From a virus (taxonomy: Duplodnaviria > Heunggongvirae > Uroviricota > Caudoviricetes): a stretch of 64,000 nucleotides of DNA. The position numbers and the translations under genes were made by a program. Shown here in pieces: positions 20,303 to 29,122 of this stretch (the stretch's first letter is position 1; each line of letters opens with the position of its first letter). The notes below the pieces were generated by a model. That model did not search any database. It saw nothing but the letters and a program-made list of their open reading frames with translations, and was not told where the DNA came from. The DNA lies in the IMG/VR virus record IMGVR_UViG_3300050821_002969, positions 1-64,000 of that record; one strand, written 5' to 3'.

Positions 20303-21112
20303 TTACCGGGCGGCAATTTGTTGATACCCGAAAAAGTCTACGGTCTCAATATCCGCGACTGATCCACCAGTTTCAACTATACTGAACCACGGAGAGAGGA
20401 CGACTGTTGGCGGGGTAGCGGTTACCGTGCAGCCAGCCGCGCAAACCGTAATCGTTGATACTGCTGGCGTAGTCACGTCCTGTACCTTGAGCACGATGTT
20501 GCCAACCGTTCCGCTGCTCATCGTGACATGCAAGTAATCGGCGGCGGTCGGCGTGATCGTCGTGGCCCCGCAGGTTTCGGACGACGCCGAATCGGAGCAC
20601 AAGTTGATGAACGTGTCGGTGCCTTGCAGGAAGCGGATGTAAACGCCGTTGGTCGGAATCGCCGTCGCGGAATCTACCGTCGCGAATCCAACGCGATAGC
20701 TTCCCGTGGCGATCTGGTTGACTTCAAATATCCATTCCGCCTGCCAGTTGGTTGAGTTGCCTGGGAATAGAGTTCCAACCGCGTTCCCGAGTGAGATTCC
20801 AACGCCGTTGGTAGCAGTCGTGTTCGTGGTCAACGTAATCAAGCATGGATGGTTGGCGACCGATGCCACGGCAGCGACGGGGTTCGTGCCAGCCACGATG
20901 ACCGTCTTATCCCATCCCAGTTGACCAATGGTCGCCGTTACCGATGGCGTGTTGCCGCAAAAGTCATCCAAGAGATTGACGTTGGGCTGGATGAACTGTC
21001 CGTTAGCTCCTGGAACGGGCGACATGTTCTGCGCCGATGCCGGGTGGCGACCAACAACTAGCAAACTAGTTAATGCCACGCCAACAACCATTGCTAAAAT
21101 AAGTTTCTTCAT
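20303..21112 (-). CDS. secreted structural protein
   Basis: 269 aa. Signal peptide MKKLILAMVVGVALTSLLVVGRHPASAQ. Confidence 0.4.
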   Translation of the reverse strand: MKKLILAMVVGVALTSLLVVGRHPASAQNMSPVPGANGQFIQPNVNLLDDFCGNTPSVTATIGQLGWDKTVIVAGTNPVAAVASVANHPCLITLTTNTTATNGVGISLGNAVGTLFPGNSTNWQAEWIFEVNQIATGSYRVGFATVDSATAIPTNGVYIRFLQGTDTFINLCSDSASSETCGATTITPTAADYLHVTMSSGTVGNIVLKVQDVTTPAVSTITVCAAGCTVTATPPTVVLSPWFSIVETGGSVADIETVDFFGYQQIAAR

Positions 21113-21113
21113 T

Positions 21114-24100
21114 CTAGTTCTCCTGATTTAAAGTGCATGACGCATTCGCCAGCACGGTGATTGCGTTCGTTCCGTTTGCCGCTGTTTGCAATGTCAGCGG
21201 TATACCAGAGGCGGTTGAGCCGTTTTGAATCTGCGCCCATACATGCTGAACCGAAGTGGCTGCTACGCTCGCAGACGCTCCTGTCTTCGTACTGTACGCG
21301 GTTTGAGCCAACGTACTAATCTGACTCCAAATTCCCGCCGTACCAAGATCGCCTTCGGCTATAAGGCTATACGACGTAGCCGTGCCGGGGCCGCCTATGC
21401 AATATTGAATGGTCGCACTCGCTGCCAGCGTCATTGGGACTTCACAACGTAGCAAATAATTCTTATTCGCCGCAAGTGGCCAACTCATACCAGTAACATT
21501 GGTGCAGGTTGCGGAGGTCTGTGCGCCCATCGCTGCCGTAGTTACGCCGATACTTTTGTCGATAACTCCCGGAGGCCCATACTGCGTACCAACGGCAAGA
21601 GATTGAGTTGCGTTCGCGAAAGTAGCCGGTAGGGCCGTGGGGTTGAATATGCCAATGGCATTCAGCGGTGTCTGAATTACTGGCGACCCAGTAGCCACAA
21701 CGACCTGAATAGTGTTAATCGTCATTCCCGCAGGTCCGGTGTACGCCAATGTCTTAGCGTTGTCGGTTAACAAGGACGCCGCTAGTTGTCCAGCGGTGCC
21801 GTTGGCCTTGGGAATGATATTCGCCGCGATGACCGTCGTTTCTGCTAGTCCACATCCAACATTTGTGGCGTTCGCCCAAAACTCCAAGCAGTGACTTGTG
21901 GAGTCGGCTACAAGCCCATCTGTGCTGGCTCCAATGCTCGCTGGTTCCGTACCCTCTGTACCAAAGATTGCGAAGCCGGTACCTGGAGTCGTAACCGTTG
22001 GAGCGGTGCCAAGCTTCAAGAGTCCAGTCGGCGTGAAAGCGGCCACGATAGTCTGACCGGAGATCGCCCCGGCCACAACCGTTGCCCCGGTTCCAATGTC
22101 AAGCAAATCGCCTTGGGTTGTGGTGCCGTTAATGTTGACCGTGGTCTGTCCCGTGGAAGTGCCAGGAGAGTTAAATATCGCCGTAATAGAAGTATTGTTG
22201 TTGCTTGAGTTCGTGTTACGAAATTCTATCGGTGCGGACAGGTTAACCGTAGATGTTCCTGAAAGTATTGTGCCGCCTACAACGGCAGGCAGTTGCACGC
22301 TTGGCGCACTCGTGGACGCACTCATGTTGAGTGTCATCGCCGCCGCGCCAGCGTTAGTCGTATCTTTGCGAACCACGTTGGAAGAAAGGAACCCAGAGTC
22401 GTGTAGTAGAACTTTACTAGAGGCTACCGAAGCATCTATCACATCTCCGGTTACGGGAACAGACGCCGTGGGGAATATACCAAAGATCGAGTCCGCACCG
22501 CTGTTTCCGTGGTAGTTGCTGTTGGTTGTGTCGTAGTCAATAACTCCCGCTGCCGTAGCTGTGTTCGTGGTCGTCGATGGCACCTTGAATGCTGCCGTTC
22601 CGGTTGCAGCACTAAGATCAAATATCGTGGTCGATATCCCGCTAAACGTGTGGGTAGCGTAGGTCAGATCAGCCGCACCCGTCAGTGCCGCGCCAGAACC
22701 GCCAGAAATCGCTACCTGTCCAGATGTTGCGCTCTCAATCGCGCATGTAGCGTTTAGGGCGCAACTTTGGCCATTGACCGTTGTTGCCCCAGAACCCGGA
22801 AGATCGCCCACAACGATTGCCGAGAAGTTCCCGATGCCGCCAGTAGCAGTGGCGTGAAGAACGTGGGAAGTCGTGGTATCTGAGTTACCGCCTAGCACGT
22901 TGGTTGTCGTGTTTGGAAAAGTCAGCGTAACCGCGCCGCTAGACGCCGGATAGCTAGATGTTGTGATGTTGGCCCCGGTGCCGGTTAGAATCTGATTCGT
23001 TGTGGCGTTTATGCTGGCCGCACCGCTAGCCGCCACGGAAAACTCCTTGGTGCCACCAGTAAGCGTTCCGTTAGTAACCGTTGATCCAGCGTATAGCCTG
23101 AATAAATCCCCTGTGCCAGAAACACTATTCGCCACTAAGCCGATACATCCAGTAGATGTTCCGGCGCAATTAGAAATCAACCCAACGCTCGCGTTATTAT
23201 TGGTTGAGTTTGTGTCTTGGATTACGATGTACGAAGTCAGTGTAGCCGTTTCAACTCCATTAAAAGTGTAATTGTCTCCAGCGCCGGATTCCGAACGGGT
23301 AACTTGCGCAGTGGAACCAGTCACGGCATCGAGAGAAGGAGCGCCAGCGGTTGTGGGGATTGTTACTCCGGGGCTGAATTGAATAAGTGGAAGCGTAGTA
23401 GACGCGGTGGCCGTTACCCCGTCAGGAAGCGTCCACGCCCCAGAAGTAGCAATAACAATTCCAACCGTTTCACCTTGGGCGTTGGTACAAGTTGCCGTAC
23501 CACCTGAGTCGGTAACTTTTCCACCTGTACCAGAAGCACATACGGTGTGGTTAAGAGTTACCGCCGCGCTAGCATTAACGAAAGTCTGTCCTTCCCCAAA
23601 CAGAGTAACAACGGTATTTGAGTTGACCGCCTCCGCTACTCCCAAAATATTGTTAGGAGATGCGCCGCAATCGTTAACCGTCATAGCTGAACCAGTGCCA
23701 CACTGTAGGTTCCAAAGGGTTGAAGTTCCGCCGCCCTTAACGTAGTTAATTCCAGCAATAAACGGTCCCTGTAGTCCCTGTGTTGCTCCCGTGCTAGCCC
23801 CGGCAAGTAATTCAATTCCTCCAGCTTGACTGGCGGCGTTTGTAGCAGCATTGTTACCACCGCGGATAAGCGTGCCGCCGCCCTGTGAAGTAGCTCCGCC
23901 TGCCCCGGTTTCGTCGGCCCCACGTAGTGTTAATCCTCCAAGGATAGAGTTTGCAGAGGCATCGCCGCCACCCTGAATTGTGGAAGTTTGGGTTGTCGTC
24001 GAGTTGCTGAGTGTATTGCTAGATTCTAGAAAGTCCGAGTTAACCGTGTTTCCGTTGGTGTCAAATTTCGTAACGCGGTTAAGGTTAACTGTTCCGGTAG

Positions 24101-27100
24101 ACAACTGAAGTAACGCCCCGGTTCCCTGTTCTCCGGTAACCCCAGAAATAGACAGGGTATTGGTGCTCAGCGTAAGCGGAGAGGTAAAGGTAGCCGTTAG
24201 ATCGCTAACCGCTGGTTGGGCACAAGTAAATACGCCAGCAGTTGAAAGTACGTCCATCCACTGGTGGGCAGAACAAGTCTTGGCTACGGAGGTTGTACCA
24301 ATAGTTGCGGCGTTACCAATTTCGTGGACTCTTAAATCGGTAGAGTCGAACCAAATCAAAGTACCAGATGCGGGAGCACTTGGTGCCGCGCTAGACGGTA
24401 GAGAGATTTCTCCCGTACCCGGAACGGTTGCCGAACCAGAGGCAAATCCTGCGGCAAACAAGTTCCCCGTAGCTCCACACGCCCCACCGCTGCTTACGTC
24501 TACCTGTCCAGCCGCACCACGGCAAAGCCCAGTATCCGCCGCGCCGGAACCGTTGGTCCAGATAATCGAGCTACCAAGATAGAGATTTCTCCAACGAAGC
24601 GAGGCGGAACCAAGGTCAAGACCATTATCTACGCCAGCACCGGGAATCAATGAAGCGTTTACAGCTACACCTGAAAGATTACTAAGGGCTTGGTTTGCTC
24701 CAGACGCACCAGAGTTTAACTGTTGTACCCAAGTATTACCGGCGTAGCACTCATTTAAACTTTGACCATGGGTTTGGTCGGTAGCAAAATACAAATCCCC
24801 TGCGGTACACGTCGCGGGAATGTTGGCAATGAGTCCGGTCTGCACAACGCCGGTATGCGTGGCTAGGCGGAAGTTAATAGCGCCGGTAGCGGTTACGTTT
24901 CCCGTTGCGGCGGATAGACTGTAGGTTGCGGAACCTCCAGCATATCCGGCCAAGGTTCCGTTGTAAAGATTGGTACCCTTGGTCATGTCCACGGAGTTTA
25001 GGTTGTTAAACGCGCTCTCGTTTCCATCTAAAAAGTAGAAACCAATGCCATTTCCGTTGTGAGCGCAGGTCATGGTATTGCCGTTAACGTCATCCTTGAC
25101 AGCGTTCATTACCGCAGTGTTGTTGCAAATAGAATTATAAAATTGTAGCGTTCCCTGAAAGGTTGAACCAATATGCAAAACGTTTGTACACGGAGCGGCA
25201 GATGGACACCCGTTAATTTCGTGTAGCGAAACTGGTCCGGTAACGCCGGTTCCCGGTGGAGCAGCGTTAACCGAGTCAACCAATATACCGTCTGCCGTAG
25301 TGGTACAAGAAACTGGGCCGGGGCTACCAGATTGGCATCCTTCCATATGTAGTTCGTGTAGATCAAAACCCCCCATCTGGAAAGTAGAAAGCACCCTGTC
25401 TGGCACGTTGGTAACGTGGAACAATCCAGATGTTTGCTTTGTCCCGTTGCAGTGGTTGCCGTTATTGGTTACGCGACGCACTTCTGTTCCGGTGCCATAC
25501 ATTTCAAATGGAACCACGCCAGACGCCGAGCAGTTGGCGTCGGACGAATACCCTACGTTAAGGTTTTCATATGGACCGCTGTTTACTGGCATGTTTAATA
25601 AGAAACCAATAGCGCAATTTTGGATTGTTACATCCTTAGCCCAAGAGTTTTCCTGCCCCCATAAATCCTCGAATCCGATAGCCTCAATAGCGCTGCCGCA
25701 ACCAATAAACGACCCCTGTAGGCGAGAAAAGAAATTTGACGTTCCGCTTAGCGTTCCACTGTTGATTCCGGTATTGTCGCCAAGCTCAACTACGGGATGG
25801 CGCAAGTTAACGGCTTGTGCAGTGGGGCCAATTGCCAGTGCTGGCTGAATGTTGACGGTTATGGTTCCCGGAGACGGCAGTGAATAGAACTGCGAATTAA
25901 GCGTTCCCGTATTTGGTAGTGTGCTACCCGCGCAAGGAGCGCCGGTGCCGGTACATTTGGTAACGTAATATACGGTTCCATCTCCAGCAATGAATAAGCG
26001 GTCGCCGGGAGCGATTAAAATGTTTTCCCCGCCGCCAGCCTTGGTTAAGCTAACCGTTGTTTGTGTGCTGGTTCCGGTCGCGGTAATAGCTCCCGTACCG
26101 GGGAAGCTGGAAGAATTCAGGATCATGGTTCCATTGTTTCCAGCGCCACCGCCATTTTGTCCAACAAGGTTTTCTACGACACCGATAACCTGCTGGAAGT
26201 TGCCGATATTAAAGCCAAGGTCGGTCTGTAGCGCATCGCCTCCATCTAGAAGCCAGTTACCTTGTGGTTGGTCAATGTTGGTGGTTGTGCAGTTTTGTAC
26301 CGTAGTTCCATGCTCACCGCGAGAGTCTACAGACTGAAATCCGAGGCCAGCCGTTTGTAGTGCCGCCTCTATGTTGTTATAGCGAATACATAGATTGGCT
26401 CCTGCGCTTGGATCATCGCGAGTGTCAGACAACTGCTTTGTCTGTGCAACATAAGTTGTTCCTGCTCCAGATGCTACCGGCACCTGTCCTTGAGCCGAAG
26501 CGTTTGGCAATGTAGCGCTTGCGCATACCCATGCAGAACCGTTCCACTGAAGCACCTGAAGCGAACTGCATGTACCCGTTAGGCCAATAGAACCGGCCCC
26601 GCTTAGGGTAATTGGAAACGTATTACTTAATAGCGAAGAAACATCGGTTCCGGTAGCAATGCTTGGAACGCCCGTGCCTGTAGTGTTTTTTAGGATTCCG
26701 GTTGCAAGTCCAGCTAGCGAAACGCCATTTAGTCCAGAGTTGGTCATTACGCCAGCGTTGGTAATGCTTGAGTCGCCAGATAGGGCAACATCTGCTGGCA
26801 GGTTGCTACCACTGCCAATGTAAAGGTGGGCGCTGGTTAAAGCGGCAGCGATTGGTTGGGCGCTACCATTTGTACCGAGAATCTTGGCGGAAGTTGGCAC
26901 GGTGGTGCCGTTAATGGCGGTGGTGGTCGTCGCGCAACTTCCGGCAGCCGTCGTTGTGTCTCCCGTTAACGCTGGTGCTTGGCCACAAGACAACGAGCCA
27001 GACAGGTTGGTAAACGCTGGCTGGGCCTGAGTAAATAAACCCGTAGTTTGTGAGTAAGAAGTCAGAAAGTTGTTAATCGCAGCGCCAAGAGTTTGCGGCC

Positions 27101-27542
27101 ATGTTAGCGTGGTTCCATTAGAACCAAACACCGGCAAGTGGTTGGTCGTGTTGAAGGCTATAACTGCGTCGGTAGTCGGAGCCGCGCCTGCCGCATTTGG
27201 AAGCACGATTCCAGCCGTGACAGAAGCGGCGGCAGCGTTAAAAATACCAGTAGAGCCAAGGGTGGTCGTGTGGCCGGAATATTGCAAGTCGGTTAGCGTG
27301 GTTCCAGCAAACGTGCCGGTAGAGTTGAACTGAAACGAAGCGCTCGATCCACCCGGAGCCGAACCGGCACCGCCGCAAACTCCGCCAGAGTCTTGGATTA
27401 CCGTAGACGAGGCAAACGACACGCAGTGACCAACGGTAATAGCGCCGGTAGTTGAAATGGTACCGCCACCGCTAATTTGTGCCAGTGCAGCGCATTGCAA
27501 TACAAGCAAAGCCGCAAGTACGTTAAATGTACGCTTCAGCAT
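21114..27542 (-). CDS. Giant secreted Thr/Gly/Ser/Ala-rich fiber or adhesin-like protein
   Basis: 2142-aa uninterrupted ORF. Signal peptide MLKRTFNVLAALLVLQCAALAQ. Extreme T/G/S/A/N composition consistent with repetitive beta-rich fiber or adhesin domains. Confidence 0.55.
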   Translation of the reverse strand: MLKRTFNVLAALLVLQCAALAQISGGGTISTTGAITVGHCVSFASSTVIQDSGGVCGGAGSAPGGSSASFQFNSTGTFAGTTLTDLQYSGHTTTLGSTGIFNAAAASVTAGIVLPNAAGAAPTTDAVIAFNTTNHLPVFGSNGTTLTWPQTLGAAINNFLTSYSQTTGLFTQAQPAFTNLSGSLSCGQAPALTGDTTTAAGSCATTTTAINGTTVPTSAKILGTNGSAQPIAAALTSAHLYIGSGSNLPADVALSGDSSITNAGVMTNSGLNGVSLAGLATGILKNTTGTGVPSIATGTDVSSLLSNTFPITLSGAGSIGLTGTCSSLQVLQWNGSAWVCASATLPNASAQGQVPVASGAGTTYVAQTKQLSDTRDDPSAGANLCIRYNNIEAALQTAGLGFQSVDSRGEHGTTVQNCTTTNIDQPQGNWLLDGGDALQTDLGFNIGNFQQVIGVVENLVGQNGGGAGNNGTMILNSSSFPGTGAITATGTSTQTTVSLTKAGGGENILIAPGDRLFIAGDGTVYYVTKCTGTGAPCAGSTLPNTGTLNSQFYSLPSPGTITVNIQPALAIGPTAQAVNLRHPVVELGDNTGINSGTLSGTSNFFSRLQGSFIGCGSAIEAIGFEDLWGQENSWAKDVTIQNCAIGFLLNMPVNSGPYENLNVGYSSDANCSASGVVPFEMYGTGTEVRRVTNNGNHCNGTKQTSGLFHVTNVPDRVLSTFQMGGFDLHELHMEGCQSGSPGPVSCTTTADGILVDSVNAAPPGTGVTGPVSLHEINGCPSAAPCTNVLHIGSTFQGTLQFYNSICNNTAVMNAVKDDVNGNTMTCAHNGNGIGFYFLDGNESAFNNLNSVDMTKGTNLYNGTLAGYAGGSATYSLSAATGNVTATGAINFRLATHTGVVQTGLIANIPATCTAGDLYFATDQTHGQSLNECYAGNTWVQQLNSGASGANQALSNLSGVAVNASLIPGAGVDNGLDLGSASLRWRNLYLGSSIIWTNGSGAADTGLCRGAAGQVDVSSGGACGATGNLFAAGFASGSATVPGTGEISLPSSAAPSAPASGTLIWFDSTDLRVHEIGNAATIGTTSVAKTCSAHQWMDVLSTAGVFTCAQPAVSDLTATFTSPLTLSTNTLSISGVTGEQGTGALLQLSTGTVNLNRVTKFDTNGNTVNSDFLESSNTLSNSTTTQTSTIQGGGDASANSILGGLTLRGADETGAGGATSQGGGTLIRGGNNAATNAASQAGGIELLAGASTGATQGLQGPFIAGINYVKGGGTSTLWNLQCGTGSAMTVNDCGASPNNILGVAEAVNSNTVVTLFGEGQTFVNASAAVTLNHTVCASGTGGKVTDSGGTATCTNAQGETVGIVIATSGAWTLPDGVTATASTTLPLIQFSPGVTIPTTAGAPSLDAVTGSTAQVTRSESGAGDNYTFNGVETATLTSYIVIQDTNSTNNNASVGLISNCAGTSTGCIGLVANSVSGTGDLFRLYAGSTVTNGTLTGGTKEFSVAASGAASINATTNQILTGTGANITTSSYPASSGAVTLTFPNTTTNVLGGNSDTTTSHVLHATATGGIGNFSAIVVGDLPGSGATTVNGQSCALNATCAIESATSGQVAISGGSGAALTGAADLTYATHTFSGISTTIFDLSAATGTAAFKVPSTTTNTATAAGVIDYDTTNSNYHGNSGADSIFGIFPTASVPVTGDVIDASVASSKVLLHDSGFLSSNVVRKDTTNAGAAAMTLNMSASTSAPSVQLPAVVGGTILSGTSTVNLSAPIEFRNTNSSNNNTSITAIFNSPGTSTGQTTVNINGTTTQGDLLDIGTGATVVAGAISGQTIVAAFTPTGLLKLGTAPTVTTPGTGFAIFGTEGTEPASIGASTDGLVADSTSHCLEFWANATNVGCGLAETTVIAANIIPKANGTAGQLAASLLTDNAKTLAYTGPAGMTINTIQVVVATGSPVIQTPLNAIGIFNPTALPATFANATQSLAVGTQYGPPGVIDKSIGVTTAAMGAQTSATCTNVTGMSWPLAANKNYLLRCEVPMTLAASATIQYCIGGPGTATSYSLIAEGDLGTAGIWSQISTLAQTAYSTKTGASASVAATSVQHVWAQIQNGSTASGIPLTLQTAANGTNAITVLANASCTLNQEN

Positions 27543-27545
27543 TGA

Positions 27546-27953
27546 TTACCCCGCCACTCTACCGGGTGCAAACGACACGGAATATTCACAAAAAACCTGC
27601 ACAGATTGAGCAGCGTTAATGTTTATATTCAAATCAAAACCAACCCCGCTGCTAGAATTACGGGTCGTCTCAAATAGAAATCCCGGAGGGGTTGCGCGTT
27701 CTGTCCAGTTTCCGGGAACGGCTGGAATGTAGAACGGTCCTGCAAGGTTACTAAAGTTGGAATCTTGCCATGTAACCAGTAACGGATTTACAGCGTTCTG
27801 GTTCTGGACGTTAAAGCTGTGGATGCGAACCACGGAACCTCTTTGCTGTCCGTGGAGCGCCGCTTCAGAAATAAGCGCATAGGGGTTTTCAACGATTTCA
27901 GTGATACCGCTTCCGCTGACCGTTACGTTAGCTGACTGGATAAAGGGGGCCAT
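27546..27953 (-). CDS. hypothetical structural protein
   Basis: 135-aa ORF immediately downstream of the giant gene. Confidence 0.35.
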   Translation of the reverse strand: MAPFIQSANVTVSGSGITEIVENPYALISEAALHGQQRGSVVRIHSFNVQNQNAVNPLLVTWQDSNFSNLAGPFYIPAVPGNWTERATPPGFLFETTRNSSSGVGFDLNININAAQSVQVFCEYSVSFAPGRVAG

Positions 27954-28339
27954 GATTCCTCTTTCCCTTCGGTTTTTTCATAATCGCGCTGAATGGTTAA
28001 CGTAAGCAGGCTAACCGCAAGCATTAACTTGCCAAATTTTTCTTCTACGTTTCCGCGAAATTCGGCGGAATCTTTCTGTAGGTCTGGGAGCCTAAAGCTT
28101 TCGTCGAATACCGATAAACGCTTTAAAACTTCAAAACATTCTTCAACCCTATTGCTAGTCCATGCAGCATTCCACGCTTCTTGCGCTATATCTTTTTGTT
28201 CTTTGTTTAGCTCTCGTTGTTCCGCCCACCGATTGAATGATCCAACGCGAGATAACTGCATCTTGGCTAGGCGACGAAAGCGCTGGAGACGTTCATTGCT
28301 TGGTAGCGCTTCGGCTGTAACCGTTTCCAAAACCTGCAT
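27923..28339 (-). CDS. hypothetical protein
   Basis: 138-aa ORF, charged and helical-looking. Confidence 0.35.
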   Translation of the reverse strand: MQVLETVTAEALPSNERLQRFRRLAKMQLSRVGSFNRWAEQRELNKEQKDIAQEAWNAAWTSNRVEECFEVLKRLSVFDESFRLPDLQKDSAEFRGNVEEKFGKLMLAVSLLTLTIQRDYEKTEGKEESWPPLSSQLT

Positions 28340-28732
28340 TTAATTCACCATCCAATGTTGCATGAGGTTCGTAACTGGCTGCAATAAAGACGATTGTGCC
28401 TCGGTATCGTAGAAATGGGTCCGGCAGCGGTTTTCCTTAAAAGATGGAAACGGGCAAGCTTTCTCGCAACATTTTCCATCTACGATTACATCCACCCGCA
28501 TCTTTGGGCCGAACTGATTACGGAATGAGCAAGTTCCAGAGTGGCCAAACGGACGCTTGCAGGGGCATGGCGGCAACTTCATCTTGCCGACTGATCTGCG
28601 AATACTTTCGGCGCATAGATTGAATTCTATGGCCGCATCCGCGAATGTGTTACCTGGGATGGAAACAAAGGAGCGAATGGCGGCTCTTTGGGAATCTGTT
28701 AAAGCGTGTGCGATATGACTTACCTCGCACAC
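28340..28732 (-). CDS. Cys-rich hypothetical protein
   Basis: 130 aa with CPCKRPFGHSGTCS...GKCCEKACPF. Confidence 0.35.
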   Translation of the reverse strand: MCEVSHIAHALTDSQRAAIRSFVSIPGNTFADAAIEFNLCAESIRRSVGKMKLPPCPCKRPFGHSGTCSFRNQFGPKMRVDVIVDGKCCEKACPFPSFKENRCRTHFYDTEAQSSLLQPVTNLMQHWMVN

Positions 28733-28840
28733 AAATATAAAGGTTTTGTCGGAAGATTTACTAGGCGAGTAAAAGGCTTACCCCCATCGCCGCATAGGTA
28801 ACAGTATGCGCGGTACGGTGGGGGTATTATGAAATAAGAT

Positions 28841-29122
28841 TTAAGCGGCTGGTTCTTGCTGCTCTTTGGCTTTGGCGATTTTTACCTTTACCGTTTCTTC
28901 TTCGTGAACGATGTCGATAATGACGCCGTTATGCTCGTAGTGCTCTTTCTTGTGTCGCTTCATTAGAGCCAGAAGTTGCGCCTTTTGCTCAACTTCCTCC
29001 GCCAATAAAGCCTGTCGTTGGTCGCGTGTTTCAGCGTAACCCTCGGCTGCGGTTTCTAGTTCGGTAATCGCCGCATCCTCCTGTCCCGGCAAGCGCGGCT
29101 GTTTTTGTTTTTTAGTAGACAT
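28841..29122 (-). CDS. acidic coiled-coil protein, translationally coupled to the SPFH gene
   Basis: 93 aa, Glu/Lys-rich. Its start shares base 29122 with the stop region of the SPFH gene. Confidence 0.4.
   Translation of the reverse strand: MSTKKQKQPRLPGQEDAAITELETAAEGYAETRDQRQALLAEEVEQKAQLLALMKRHKKEHYEHNGVIIDIVHEEETVKVKIAKAKEQQEPAA

Noticed and set aside
16099-20600. Internal and antisense ORFs within the fibre genes (16099-16530, 19893-20285, 20373-20600, and several plus-strand ORFs)
   Set aside because: They are entirely contained in, or antisense to, the long fibre-protein ORFs and have Arg/Pro-rich shadow composition.
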